37,132 bases of DNA from a virus (IMGVR_UViG_3300005805_000217:1-37132), one strand, 5' to 3'. Shown: positions 1 to 9,841, counted from the first letter of the stretch. The notes: generated by a model from the sequence alone, not told the origin. Made by a program: numbers and translations.

Positions 1-72
1 TTCCCCGCCCCAAGGAAATTCCTGTTTTCTGTGTTATGCTGTTATTGCGTTACTAACCTAAAGGAGAAACAG

Positions 73-285
73 ATGTATAGCGTAGAGAGTGGGGTTGAGA
101 TTCCGAAGGCGCGTAAGAAGCATAACTTTCCGTATGCGGATATGAACGTGGGTGACAGCTTCCTGGCGACTGATGTTGCGATTCACGTAGTGTGTAACTA
201 CAACAAGAGGATGGGGGATAAGTTGGGGATGAAGTTTACGGCGAAGAAGGTGGATGGTGGTATACGGGTGTGGCGGCTGGAGTGA
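73..285 (+). CDS. small phage hypothetical protein, possibly DNA-binding
   Basis: AAGGAG SD before ATG 73; sequence pattern IP..R..+.PY.DM.VGDSF...GIRVWR is one I recognise as common in phages. Confidence 0.7.
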   Translation: MYSVESGVEIPKARKKHNFPYADMNVGDSFLATDVAIHVVCNYNKRMGDKLGMKFTAKKVDGGIRVWRLE

Positions 286-521
286 GTTTGGATTGGGTTG
301 ACCCGAAGAAGTGGGGGAAGCGTTATGCGGAGTTTGCGATAGCGCGTGGCAGGGACATGACCTTTGAGACGATTAGGATGTTGGAGAAGGCTGACCCTGC
401 TGACCCCTGGTTTGGGTTGTATCGGGAGACGTTGAAAGAGTTGTTAATTCACGAATACGGGAGAGACTATGAACGTTTTAGAGACAAGGCACGGCAGGAT
501 GATGGTCAGGCCGGGCGGTGA
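282..521 (+). CDS. hypothetical protein
   Basis: GTGA overlap with the upstream stop, preceded by GGAG-like sequence; part of ORF 270..521. Confidence 0.55.
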   Translation: MSLDWVDPKKWGKRYAEFAIARGRDMTFETIRMLEKADPADPWFGLYRETLKELLIHEYGRDYERFRDKARQDDGQAGR

Positions 522-1239
522 TTTGATTAGTGCGAACCTGGCTGTGCATGGGGCGTATGAGTGGGATGTGGTGAATCTGTGCGCCATGATTGCAGGTGGA
601 TATGATGATGGGACGATATTGGACATTGGTGCCAATATTGGGACGGTGACGGTGCCATTGGCGAAGGCGTATCCGAAGTATGAGGTTCATGCCTGGGAGC
701 CGCAGCGGTTGGTTTACCAGCAGTTGTGTGGCAACGTGGCGATGAATCATCTGCAAAACGTTTATGCTTACAACGAGGCGGTGGGGGCGATTGCTGGGGT
801 GGTTGAGTTGGACATGCCTGACTACGCGACCAATGGGAATATTGGAGCGTGGAGCATGAGCAACATGGTGCGGAAGAAGAGTCCTGAGGCCAAGGCTGGC
901 GGCAAGAAAGAAATGATTAATTGCGTGACGCTGGATGGCATGGGGTTTAATAAAATCCGATTAATCAAAATGGACGTAGAAGGTTTTGAGTTGTATGTGC
1001 TCAAGGGCGCTGCCAATTTCCTGCCTGACCATAACTACCCGCCGATTGTGTATGAGTCCTGGACGCAGTTTGACTGGTATCAAAATACTGCTGAAGAGAT
1101 TAAAGCCCTGCTGACTGACATGGGTTATGAGTTACAGGTTTTTGGTAACACGGTTGCTGCCATCCACAAAGAGGCTTCGTTCAAGCTGGTGGTAGCGGAA
1201 GAGCAGGGCGGCAAGTCTGTGCAGATCGTTCGTAAATGA
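469..1239 (+). CDS. FkbM-family SAM-dependent methyltransferase
   Basis: Motifs ILDIGANIG, HAWEPQ, TLD, LIKMDVEGFELYVLKGA. Confidence 0.9.
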   Translation: MNVLETRHGRMMVRPGGDLISANLAVHGAYEWDVVNLCAMIAGGYDDGTILDIGANIGTVTVPLAKAYPKYEVHAWEPQRLVYQQLCGNVAMNHLQNVYAYNEAVGAIAGVVELDMPDYATNGNIGAWSMSNMVRKKSPEAKAGGKKEMINCVTLDGMGFNKIRLIKMDVEGFELYVLKGAANFLPDHNYPPIVYESWTQFDWYQNTAEEIKALLTDMGYELQVFGNTVAAIHKEASFKLVVAEEQGGKSVQIVRK

Positions 1240-1391
1240 CCTGTCGTTCCTGCTTGCATAGCGTGGACACTATGGGCGTGCTGCAACACCCTGAGAAGGT
1301 GGCGGTGCGCCTGTGGTGCAACCGATTCAACCGGCTGGCTTACAAGAGGTGCGTGGCGTTCTGCTACGAGCCTGGGACTGATGAGGACTAA
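1236..1391 (+). CDS. 51-aa Cys-rich microprotein (MTCRSCLHS...WCNRF...RCVAFCYEPGTDED), not in the ORF track
   Basis: Translated by hand; ATGA overlap with the FkbM stop and TAATG overlap with the terminase start; CxxC plus three more Cys. Confidence 0.7.
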   Translation: MTCRSCLHSVDTMGVLQHPEKVAVRLWCNRFNRLAYKRCVAFCYEPGTDED

Positions 1392-3148
1392 TGCTTTTCA
1401 ATCGAGAAAAGTTTTACACGTTCTGCCGCAACCTGAAGATTGAGTCCAAAGAGCATGGCATGGTGGTCTTGGGCAACCAGTTGCTAGGCACGCAGACATA
1501 CGTGATGGACGAGGTGGCAAGGGGGCTGGCCGAGGACAAGCATTTCTTTGTGGTGCTGAAAGGCCGGCAGTTGGGGATTACCACTATCAGCCTGGCACTA
1601 GACCTTTACTGGCATTTCATCCATCCGGGGATGCAAGGCACCCTGACCACGGACACGGAAGAGAACCGGGAGCAGTTCCGCAGCACCTTGCAGATGTATA
1701 TGGATGGGTTGCCCAAGCAATACAAAATCCCTCTAATGAGCCATAACCGCAATCAGATGGTGCTGAAGAACCGCAGCCGTATGTTCTACCAGGTGGCGGG
1801 GCTACGCGCCAAGGGTGGCCTCGGACGAGGCAAGGGCATTACCTTCCTGCATGGCACTGAGACAAGCTCTTGGGGAGACGAGGAAGGCTTGGCTTCCCTG
1901 CTGGCTTCCTTGGCTGAAACCAACCCGTTGCGCTACTACATGTTTGAGTCCACGGCCCGAGGGTTCAACATGTTCCACGATATGTGGATTACGGCAAAGC
2001 GGGCCAGGACGCAGAAGGCTATCTTTGTGGGCTGGTGGCGAAACCAGTTATACGCTGCCGACGCCAACTCCGATATCTACAAGGTGTATTGGGATGGCAA
2101 GTTATCGCCAGAAGAGAAGGAATGGACTAAAGACATTAAAAAGATTTACGGGGTGGATATCAACAGCCGGCAGATGGCATGGTGGCGCTGGAAACTGCAT
2201 GAGGGGCTGAAGGACGAAGGCTTGATGTATCAGGAGTTCCCGCCAACCGAGGACTATGCCTTCGTAATGACGGGTAGCAGTTTCTTTTCTACTGCCCGCT
2301 GCACGGATGCCATGAAGGAGGCCAAGAAGGAGGCTTTCGTTCCCTACCGCTTTTCGATGGGCGCCAACTTCCAGGACACCAGCCTTATCCAGTCCACGGA
2401 ACGACTGGCGACCCTGAAGATATGGGAAGAGCCGGTGGCGAACGGTTACTACGTCATTGGCGCCGATCCTGCCTACGGTTCTAGCGACTGGGCTGACCGA
2501 TTCTGCATCCAGGTCTATCGCTGCTATGCCGACGGCATGGATCAGGTGGCCGAGTTCTGCACCAGTGAGCTAAACACCTTCCAGTTCGCCTGGGTGATCT
2601 GCTATCTGGCCGGCGCCTACGTCAACTCCACCCTCAATCTTGAGGTTAACGGCCCCGGACAGGCGGTTCTAAACGAGATGCGGAACCTGAAACGGCAAGC
2701 TGAAACACTGCCAGGCGGGGATGCCAAGCACCTGCACGACGTTTTGAGCCATATGAAGCACTATTTGTGGCGTAGAAACGACAGTTTCGGCATTTCCAAC
2801 AGCATTGGATGGGTGACTACGCACTCCAGCAAGGAAAGGATGCTTAATTATCTAAAAGATTACTTTGAGAGGGGCATGTTAAATGTGTATTCCACTGACT
2901 GTATTGAGGAAATGAAAGGGATTGTGCGCGATAACGGCACGATTGCGGCGATGGGCAGGGCAAAAGATGATCGAGTAATCGCCTCAGCCCTGGCTGCGGC
3001 CGCGTTTGCAGAGCAAATTCAGCCAAGATTGATTCAAATGAGGCTGACTAGAGGCAAAAAAGAGCAAAATGTGACAGAAAATGACAGTTCTAGCGCCCAA
3101 CAGGTGCAAAAACAGGTGTCTAGCTACCTAAAAGCATTGGGTTTCTGA
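1391..3148 (+). CDS. terL: terminase large subunit
   Basis: Walker A-like VLKGRQLGITT, Walker B-like FLHGTE, coupling motif ESTA, nuclease motifs YVIGADPAYG and DDRVIA; lies upstream of the portal. Confidence 0.93.
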   Translation: MLFNREKFYTFCRNLKIESKEHGMVVLGNQLLGTQTYVMDEVARGLAEDKHFFVVLKGRQLGITTISLALDLYWHFIHPGMQGTLTTDTEENREQFRSTLQMYMDGLPKQYKIPLMSHNRNQMVLKNRSRMFYQVAGLRAKGGLGRGKGITFLHGTETSSWGDEEGLASLLASLAETNPLRYYMFESTARGFNMFHDMWITAKRARTQKAIFVGWWRNQLYAADANSDIYKVYWDGKLSPEEKEWTKDIKKIYGVDINSRQMAWWRWKLHEGLKDEGLMYQEFPPTEDYAFVMTGSSFFSTARCTDAMKEAKKEAFVPYRFSMGANFQDTSLIQSTERLATLKIWEEPVANGYYVIGADPAYGSSDWADRFCIQVYRCYADGMDQVAEFCTSELNTFQFAWVICYLAGAYVNSTLNLEVNGPGQAVLNEMRNLKRQAETLPGGDAKHLHDVLSHMKHYLWRRNDSFGISNSIGWVTTHSSKERMLNYLKDYFERGMLNVYSTDCIEEMKGIVRDNGTIAAMGRAKDDRVIASALAAAAFAEQIQPRLIQMRLTRGKKEQNVTENDSSSAQQVQKQVSSYLKALGF

Positions 3149-3525
3149 TGAGAGTCCTTACCAAGCAAGAGATTTTGGCCCGAATCAAGGCGATGTATCT
3201 CAATAAAGCCCGTGGATTCAGGATGTATCACTTTGTGGAGTTCGCTGAGTTCGATTACCGCCATTTTCGGCGCATTTACACGGAAGATGTGCCGATGACC
3301 GAGGCTAGCCAGCGGAAATTATCCCGCGCACTGCTAGCCCTGGAGAACGGCGAGGCCGGCCCGCGTCGGGATATCGCTGGCAGGCGCAGCGTCGGCTATC
3401 ACAGGAAGGAAGAGCAGCGCCCGGCAATGGCAAGGACAATGGGCCTGCAAAACGTTGGCGGTGAAATCAGGATGCGTGTAGGTATTGCAAATAAATATTC
3501 ATTTAACAACAAGAAAATATTTTAA
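3148..3525 (+). CDS. hypothetical protein
   Basis: TGATG coupling to terL; 125-aa ORF. Confidence 0.7.
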   Translation: MRVLTKQEILARIKAMYLNKARGFRMYHFVEFAEFDYRHFRRIYTEDVPMTEASQRKLSRALLALENGEAGPRRDIAGRRSVGYHRKEEQRPAMARTMGLQNVGGEIRMRVGIANKYSFNNKKIF

Positions 3526-3539
3526 AAGGAGATAAACAA

Positions 3540-3956
3540 ATGGGCGTATTGAAAGATTACAAGTGTCCGGTGCATGGTTTCTTTGAATCAACTGAGGCTG
3601 TCTGTCCTTCGGGCTGTTCTGATGTTTCTGTTGTCTTTTTGAAGGCTGTTGGTGTAAAAAGCGACAAAACCAAGCATAATGACAGCACGCTCAAGAGTTT
3701 AGCGAAGGATTTCAAAATGGGTGATATCAAGTCAACCAGGGAAGGTGAGGCGCAACCCCCGCGCTATGCCACTCCGAATAATCCTTTTGCACCGCGTTGG
3801 GGTTCGCCTGCTGAGCTTGGGAACTACAACCTGAAATCGGTTGCCGGAGAATCAGTATCCGGCATGCAGGCGGTCAAGGGGGCTGGTCAACAACTGTCGG
3901 GGCCTAAGGTCGGTTCATACATCGCTGACCATGAAAACCTGAAGATCAATAAATGA
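3540..3956 (+). CDS. protein with N-terminal FmdB-like zinc ribbon
   Basis: DYKCPVHG..E....CPSGC; strong SD AAGGAG. Confidence 0.7.
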   Translation: MGVLKDYKCPVHGFFESTEAVCPSGCSDVSVVFLKAVGVKSDKTKHNDSTLKSLAKDFKMGDIKSTREGEAQPPRYATPNNPFAPRWGSPAELGNYNLKSVAGESVSGMQAVKGAGQQLSGPKVGSYIADHENLKINK

Positions 3957-5638
3957 GAATCCCAAACGAGCCGGTTGAACGGCAGGCGTTTTATTCCGAC
4001 CTGCTGCAAAAGTGTCTGGTGTCACAAAATGAGCGCATGGCAAATTACTCGACCCTGCGTTCCTACTACCTGCATGGCGCGGGCCAAAGTGAATCCCCGG
4101 CGCACTTCAACAAGATTTATCCGCATATCGACCAGCTTGCTGCGTTCATGTATTCCGCTGATACGACGCGGTTTTCCATCAACATCGGTGCATCTGAGTC
4201 CAAGTCATTCCACAAAATGATCCCGGCGCTGACCCGCGCCCTGCATGACTACTGGCTGAACAGTAACGCGGATCAAGTCTTTGGGCAGGCGCTGCCTTGG
4301 GCGCTTTGCTACAACAGCACCTTTGTCAAACTGATCTGGCGCAATGGCATCCATCCTTACATGGTGGAGCCTGGCGTTTTCGGTGTGTTGCGTGAAGATG
4401 CCCCCTACACTGACCGCCAAGAGGCGATGGTGCAGGAATACTTCATGACGAAGAGCGAGCTTTATTCTCGCCTCTACGCGCACCCGAATCGGGATGAGAT
4501 TATCAACCGCATTGCGCTGGCTGAGCAGGATACGAAGCAATATCCTGAAGGTGTTGAGCGATTGGTAACTTCTGCAATTAGCCCGACCATCTATGGCAAT
4601 GTGCAGATGAGCCTGGCCGGAACCAATACCTATGTTCCTAGGATTGGTGAGCCAACGGTTAAAATGTATGAGCTTTGGGTGTTTGACGACGAGATCAATG
4701 ATTACATTTGTGTCACTATCGCAGACCCCAATGTGTTCATTTATGACCGCCCCTCAAAAAGTCTTTTCCTGGAAGGCGAACAACCTTTTGTGCAAATCTG
4801 CCCGTCACCCCAATACGATTACTACTGGGGACAGTCGGAAGTGCAGCGGCTGGTGTTCCTGCAAGACATGCGGAACAAGCGCACCGGACAGATTCTGGAA
4901 CTTCTGGACAAGCAGGTAAACCCGCCCAAGGCTATGATGGGTTTTACCGGCATCCTGGACGAAAAGAACTTTGCCCTAAACCGCGCTGGCGGCATGATTT
5001 CTTCAGACATGCCCAATGCCAAGGTAGAAGAGTTTTCGCCCGATATCCCTAACGACCTGTTCCGCGAGATTGGCGCAATTGACGCCATGTTTGAGGAAGC
5101 CTCAGGCATCGTTTCCGTGCTGCAAGGTCGAGGGGAAACCGGGGTTCGTTCTGCCGGCCACGCCAGCCAGCTTGCCCGCTTGGGTTCCAGTCGCGCCAAG
5201 AAACGCGCCATGATCGTTGAGGATAGCCTAGAGAAAATGGCGACCCTCTACCTGCGGATGATGCAGGTTTATGACGATACGCAGTATGTTGATACTGATG
5301 GCAATAAGTTTATTGCTGCACAGTTTACGCCTAACTTTGTTGTGAAAGTGGACGCTCACTCTAACAGCCCCATTTTCATGGAAGATATGCGGGAACTGGC
5401 ATTCAGCCTGTTCAACGCTGGCGCCATTACTAAGACCCGCCTGATTGACCTGATGGACGTTCCGATGAAGGAAATGCTGATTGAGGATATCAAGCGGGCA
5501 GAGAAAATGGCGGCAGAGCAGGCTGCACAGCAGGCCGCAGCAGCACCGGCCCCTCAACAACCGGCTGGCCCTGAAACCCCGGCAAACCTGGATGTAACCG
5601 GGGAACTCAGCCCGCCTCAACTAAAGGCAGTCGTATGA
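3953..5638 (+). CDS. portal protein
   Basis: 561 aa, located between terminase and head genes; portal-like segments FNKIYPHIDQL, PFVQI.P.P...YYWGQSEV and EEASGI..VLQG; Q/A/P-rich C-terminus. Confidence 0.85.
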   Translation: MRIPNEPVERQAFYSDLLQKCLVSQNERMANYSTLRSYYLHGAGQSESPAHFNKIYPHIDQLAAFMYSADTTRFSINIGASESKSFHKMIPALTRALHDYWLNSNADQVFGQALPWALCYNSTFVKLIWRNGIHPYMVEPGVFGVLREDAPYTDRQEAMVQEYFMTKSELYSRLYAHPNRDEIINRIALAEQDTKQYPEGVERLVTSAISPTIYGNVQMSLAGTNTYVPRIGEPTVKMYELWVFDDEINDYICVTIADPNVFIYDRPSKSLFLEGEQPFVQICPSPQYDYYWGQSEVQRLVFLQDMRNKRTGQILELLDKQVNPPKAMMGFTGILDEKNFALNRAGGMISSDMPNAKVEEFSPDIPNDLFREIGAIDAMFEEASGIVSVLQGRGETGVRSAGHASQLARLGSSRAKKRAMIVEDSLEKMATLYLRMMQVYDDTQYVDTDGNKFIAAQFTPNFVVKVDAHSNSPIFMEDMRELAFSLFNAGAITKTRLIDLMDVPMKEMLIEDIKRAEKMAAEQAAQQAAAAPAPQQPAGPETPANLDVTGELSPPQLKAVV

Positions 5639-5814
5639 ACCAAAACTCAGGCTCCATGAACAGCCAGTCCATGTTGCGGTCTGGCGACCAGCCACGGGTG
5701 ACGCAGCGCGACATGAGCGATGCCAAGGCGCCTCCCTCCATGAGCTATGTGCGTTACCAGCCAAGGGGTGCCAGCCTGCGGAACAATTCTTCCCGTGGAA
5801 ACTCTAGGGGATAG
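5635..5814 (+). CDS. 59-aa S/N/R-rich microprotein (MNQNSGSMNSQSMLRSGDQPRVTQRD...), not in the ORF track
   Basis: Translated by hand; ATGA overlap with the portal stop; ends at TAG 5812-5814. Confidence 0.6.
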   Translation: MNQNSGSMNSQSMLRSGDQPRVTQRDMSDAKAPPSMSYVRYQPRGASLRNNSSRGNSRG

Positions 5815-5877
5815 TAAGTGGGCATTTACTTGACTTTTTTGTAGTCTAGTATTCCACTACGCAAAACAGGAGTAGTT

Positions 5878-6315
5878 ATGGCTGTTAAAAACGAAGAAGT
5901 GATGGATATGCTGAAGGGCAGCAAAAAGGCTGCGCCTGCCCCTGACGCTGAAACCACCCCTACTTTTGAGCAGAACGAAACTACGGCGCCGATGGCCTCT
6001 CCCATGAGCACGCCGGAGCCTAAGGCTGGTGAGCAAGAGAAGGCCCGCCTGAATATCATGCTGGCGCTGGACATGCTGCAACAGTCTATCAGCATGTTTC
6101 CTGAAAAGTCCAAGGAAGCAAAGACCCTGGAAGATGTTGTCAAAAGCATCACGATGAGCTTTGGCGAACGTGAGGCCGACACCAGGCAACTGATTCCGGC
6201 CGAAATCCTGCAAATGATTCAAACTCTGCCGCAGGCTGGTGGTGCCTCGCCCGCGCAGAGAGAAATGGCAATGGCACCGGCTGCGGGAACAACCGCGCCC
6301 CCACTTCCCATGTAA
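5878..6315 (+). CDS. hypothetical head-module protein
   Basis: CAGGAG SD; lies between portal and scaffold. Confidence 0.75.
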   Translation: MAVKNEEVMDMLKGSKKAAPAPDAETTPTFEQNETTAPMASPMSTPEPKAGEQEKARLNIMLALDMLQQSISMFPEKSKEAKTLEDVVKSITMSFGEREADTRQLIPAEILQMIQTLPQAGGASPAQREMAMAPAAGTTAPPLPM

Positions 6316-6324
6316 GGAGCAAAA

Positions 6325-6510
6325 ATGGAACTCTTCAAGCCGAAAGGTGCGCTGCAACCCCGTCGCCCGACCGACAACTCGCAGCAGAATGGTCAGATCG
6401 TCAACACTCCGCGTTTCGAGCCGTTCGGTGGGCTGGACAGCGGCGCCAAAGTCGGCAAGCGCAATGGCATGACCATGAGCAAGCCTGGCGACACCAAAAA
6501 AGTTTACTAA
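6325..6510 (+). CDS. small hypothetical head-module protein
   Basis: TAAGGAG SD; 61-aa ORF. Confidence 0.7.
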   Translation: MELFKPKGALQPRRPTDNSQQNGQIVNTPRFEPFGGLDSGAKVGKRNGMTMSKPGDTKKVY

Positions 6511-6548
6511 GGTAAAAACCTTTACCTTACGACATTAAGGGGCTGAAT

Positions 6549-7076
6549 ATGAGTCTTGAAAACTACTCTCCAGAAGCAATCCAAGAACTAGCTGCGCTTT
6601 CAAAGCGGCTTGCTGAAGATCCTGCTACTCGCAAGGACTATCTCAGGCTTGCCAAGAAAGTGATGCCTGAATTGCCGGTTCCTGAGATTGAAATGGAAGA
6701 TGTTGTAAATAAACGCGCATCTGCTGCTGAGCAGCGGGTTCAGCAACTTGAGGCCAAGCTGCGCCAGCGTGAAGTGCGCGAAGAACTCAATAAGAGGCGC
6801 AACGTCCTGAAGGAAAAAGGCTACGCTCAATCCGATGAGGAAATCCAGGAGATTGAAAAGCTGATGACCGAAAAGGGCATTGCGAATCACGAAACTGCTG
6901 CTGATTACTGGCGTTATATGCGACAGTCCGCTGTCCCGACGCCTGGCTATCCGCAGCCGGTAATGTCGCGCATGGATATCAAAGGTTTTATGAAAAATCC
7001 TGTGGGTGCGGCGCGTGAAAACGCGGCGGCGGCTCTTGCGGAACTTCGCAAGAATCCTAAACCCATTGGGCTGTAA
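6549..7076 (+). CDS. probable capsid scaffolding protein
   Basis: Charged helical/coiled-coil sequence immediately upstream of the major capsid gene. Confidence 0.6.
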   Translation: MSLENYSPEAIQELAALSKRLAEDPATRKDYLRLAKKVMPELPVPEIEMEDVVNKRASAAEQRVQQLEAKLRQREVREELNKRRNVLKEKGYAQSDEEIQEIEKLMTEKGIANHETAADYWRYMRQSAVPTPGYPQPVMSRMDIKGFMKNPVGAARENAAAALAELRKNPKPIGL

Positions 7077-7104
7077 GGGGCTTTTAATACTTCGGAGGTA
7101 AATC

Positions 7105-8115
7105 ATGCCTATTGGCGGCGGTATTCTTCCGGCTTCCGGGACTAATCAATACAACGAGCTGACCTACGTCACTCGCCGTGCGTTTATCCCGAAGCTGGTT
7201 GTTCAAATCTACAACTCGACGCCCCTGATGGCGGCGCTGATCGCTAACTCCCAAACCGCTTCCGGCGGTGTGTCGAGCGTGACGGTTCCGGTGCAGGGTT
7301 CGCAATTCGTGAACGCGCAATGGTCGGATTACTCCGGCTCCTTTGCTCAGCCTTCGGTTCAGCAAGGCGCGTATAACGCGGAATTCAACCTGAAACTGCT
7401 GGTTTCCCCCGTGCCGTTCCTCGGCATGGAAGGCGCCGTGCAGCAGGACTACGCGATCATCCCGCTGATCGAAGCTCGCATGAACGATGCGACCAACGTG
7501 ATGATGGATTCGATGGCGACCGCCCTCTACACCAACACCACCAACAACCAGCAGTTTATTGGACTGCCGGCTGCGGTGGATGATGGCACCGGCACCGCGA
7601 CCTACGGCAACATCAGCCGTTCGACGAACACCTGGTGGAAGTCCAAGCAATACGCCGCTGGCTCGGTCAACCCGACCCGCCAGAACGTGCTGCAATACAT
7701 CAGCGGCACCGTGAAGAACGGCGCTGAAGTTCCGACTTTCGGCGTGTGCGGTTTCGGCACCTGGACGCTGCTGGCTCAAGACTACGTGGGCCAAGAGCAG
7801 TATATGATTACCCCTGGCTCCGGTTTCGATGGTGATGCCAATGGCCCGCAGGCTGCGTTCCGCGCCCTGATGGTTGCCGGCGTGCCGATCTACCCCGATC
7901 CGTATTGCCCGGAAGGAACCCTCTACCTGCTGAACACCAACTACCTGTCCATGTATATCCATGAACAGGCTTCGTTCGCGTTCACTGGCTTTGAGTCCAC
8001 CCTGCCCAACTTCCAGATTGGTTACGTTGGCGCCGTGCTGATGATTGCTGAACTCGTCAACACGAAGCCGAAGTCCATGACGAAAGTTACGGGCTACAAC
8101 TCTCTGAGCCTGTAA
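7105..8115 (+). CDS. major capsid protein (HK97 fold inferred)
   Basis: 336 aa, GGAGGT SD, strongly C-ending biased codons, position after scaffold; FIGL..AVDDG and GVPIYPDPYCP..TLYLLNT segments resemble capsid proteins. Confidence 0.85.
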   Translation: MPIGGGILPASGTNQYNELTYVTRRAFIPKLVVQIYNSTPLMAALIANSQTASGGVSSVTVPVQGSQFVNAQWSDYSGSFAQPSVQQGAYNAEFNLKLLVSPVPFLGMEGAVQQDYAIIPLIEARMNDATNVMMDSMATALYTNTTNNQQFIGLPAAVDDGTGTATYGNISRSTNTWWKSKQYAAGSVNPTRQNVLQYISGTVKNGAEVPTFGVCGFGTWTLLAQDYVGQEQYMITPGSGFDGDANGPQAAFRALMVAGVPIYPDPYCPEGTLYLLNTNYLSMYIHEQASFAFTGFESTLPNFQIGYVGAVLMIAELVNTKPKSMTKVTGYNSLSL

Positions 8116-8127
8116 GGAGAATCGAAC

Positions 8128-8451
8128 ATGGCACTTGCTACTAACAAGATCATTCTTGCTGGTGCGACCACCAACACCGCTGGCGCCTACTTCCAAACCG
8201 TCACCGTGACGGCTGTGGATTCTGGCAACGGCACCGTGGTTCCCGCTGGCATTTATGTGATGTTTCCCTCGACCAACGTCACGGTTCTTGCCAACAACGG
8301 CAGCAGCAATGCTACTGTGATGGCGGCAAACACTGGCGGCGTTGTGATTTCCGACGGCGTGAACGTCTATGTGAAAAACAGCAGCGGTAACGCAAACGTT
8401 ACTCTGCTGGATATCAACGGCGGTCAGGCTGCTGGCGAAACTTACGCCTAA
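8128..8451 (+). CDS. virion structural protein (capsid decoration candidate)
   Basis: Beta-rich T/A/N/V sequence, TAAGGAG SD, directly after the capsid gene. Confidence 0.6.
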   Translation: MALATNKIILAGATTNTAGAYFQTVTVTAVDSGNGTVVPAGIYVMFPSTNVTVLANNGSSNATVMAANTGGVVISDGVNVYVKNSSGNANVTLLDINGGQAAGETYA

Positions 8452-8460
8452 GGAGGGGTT

Positions 8461-8865
8461 ATGGACGCAAATGCAGTAGGACGTTCATATCCAGACGAGT
8501 TTGGCAATTATCGACTGGCGCATGTCACGGGCGTAAGCCTGGCGGCAACCGGCGATATTGCCACTCTTGTCCCGCAGCAGGCGACAAAATACATTGTTCG
8601 TCGCGTCACCCTGTCGAACTATAGCGGCGCGGCATCCAATGCCAACGTCGCTATTTTCCCTGCGGCTGGCGGCACCGGCACTGCCGTTGCTAACGCCCAG
8701 GTTACGACTGGCGCCACGGCCAACACTAGTTTTGTTGACCTTACGCTGAGTGCTTCTGGTAACGCCACGGTTTACACTGCCAAGCCGCTTTACCTGCGGT
8801 TGGTGGCGAACACCAACGCTGTTACCTGCGACGTTGCCGTATATGGGGATATTGTCACGCTATGA
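8461..8865 (+). CDS. virion structural protein (beta-rich)
   Basis: AAGGAGG SD; A/T/V/N-rich composition; head module. Confidence 0.6.
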   Translation: MDANAVGRSYPDEFGNYRLAHVTGVSLAATGDIATLVPQQATKYIVRRVTLSNYSGAASNANVAIFPAAGGTGTAVANAQVTTGATANTSFVDLTLSASGNATVYTAKPLYLRLVANTNAVTCDVAVYGDIVTL

Positions 8866-9200
8866 CCATCTTTGTCCGCAACAACAGCCAGGACGATTTC
8901 TTTGATTCTTTTGATGGGGTCAGATACGACTTCATCCCAGGGAAAGAAATTGAATTGCCTGATGTTGCGGCAAAGCATATTTTTGGTTATGGTGATGACA
9001 ATAAAGAACCCTACTTGGTTAGGCTCGGCTGGATGAAAATGAGCAATGAGTTTGATGTGGCTATGAAAAAACTCGGCACGTTTTCATTTTCAAAAGAGCC
9101 TTCCAAGCCAGTCCACTTGTCAGCCCCTGTGGTGGAGCGAGTAGCCGCCCCTATGCCCAAAGCAAAGGGTGCGGCGAAAGTTTCAGCAATAAATGAGTAA
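8862..9200 (+). CDS. hypothetical protein
   Basis: ATGA overlap; 112-aa ORF. Confidence 0.7.
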   Translation: MTIFVRNNSQDDFFDSFDGVRYDFIPGKEIELPDVAAKHIFGYGDDNKEPYLVRLGWMKMSNEFDVAMKKLGTFSFSKEPSKPVHLSAPVVERVAAPMPKAKGAAKVSAINE

Positions 9201-9202
9201 AC

Positions 9203-9841
9203 ATGGCTCAAACTCTTTCGGGTTACATCACGCAAACCCGTCGTTTATTGCATGACGTTAATGGCAATTTCTGGACAGACGCTGAATTAACGGATTACAT
9301 TAACGACGGCAGGAATACGCTGGTTAGGGATTGTGGTTGTAACCGCGTATTGCAGACCTATACTGCGCCATCGGGCGTAGAAACCATTTCTTTCTCTGCC
9401 TTGCCTCAAGGCGCCAAGACGATTGACCTTATCAACGTCAATCTGTATTGGGGAAACTCCAGAGTCCCGCTGTATTACTTGGCCTGGACTGACTTTAACG
9501 CGCAACTGCGTTACTGGCAGAACTACACCGGCCGGCCTATTGCATACTCGATGTATGGCCCAAAGCAGCTATACATTGGCCCCGTGCCGGATCAAAACTA
9601 TGTGATGGAGTTTGATACTGTGGTTGAGGTTGACCCTATGGTGTCAGGCTCCGACGTTGAAACGTTGCCGGCGCCGTTTACCGAGGCGGTTCCATACTTT
9701 GCGGCGAATATTGCCAAGTATCAGGAGCAGTCCTACGGCGAGGCCGAGATATTCAAGCAGGAATACACCAAGCACGTTCTTGAGATTCTTAACGGCACCT
9801 ATACCCGACGGCTCCCAACACCTTATGTAGCGGGGTATTAA
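9203..9841 (+). CDS. head-tail adaptor (tail tubular protein A-like)
   Basis: N-terminal helices RRLL.D...WTDAELTDYIN, then GRPIAY...LYIGPVPD, typical of adaptors; synteny. Confidence 0.75.
   Translation: MAQTLSGYITQTRRLLHDVNGNFWTDAELTDYINDGRNTLVRDCGCNRVLQTYTAPSGVETISFSALPQGAKTIDLINVNLYWGNSRVPLYYLAWTDFNAQLRYWQNYTGRPIAYSMYGPKQLYIGPVPDQNYVMEFDTVVEVDPMVSGSDVETLPAPFTEAVPYFAANIAKYQEQSYGEAEIFKQEYTKHVLEILNGTYTRRLPTPYVAGY

Noticed and set aside
5830-5858. Sigma70 promoter at TTGACT
   Set aside because: No good -10 hexamer at 16-18 nt spacing, so not listed as a feature
7084-8196. 370-aa antisense ORF opposite the major capsid gene
   Set aside because: Shadow frame expected from the strong codon bias of the capsid gene; no recognisable motifs
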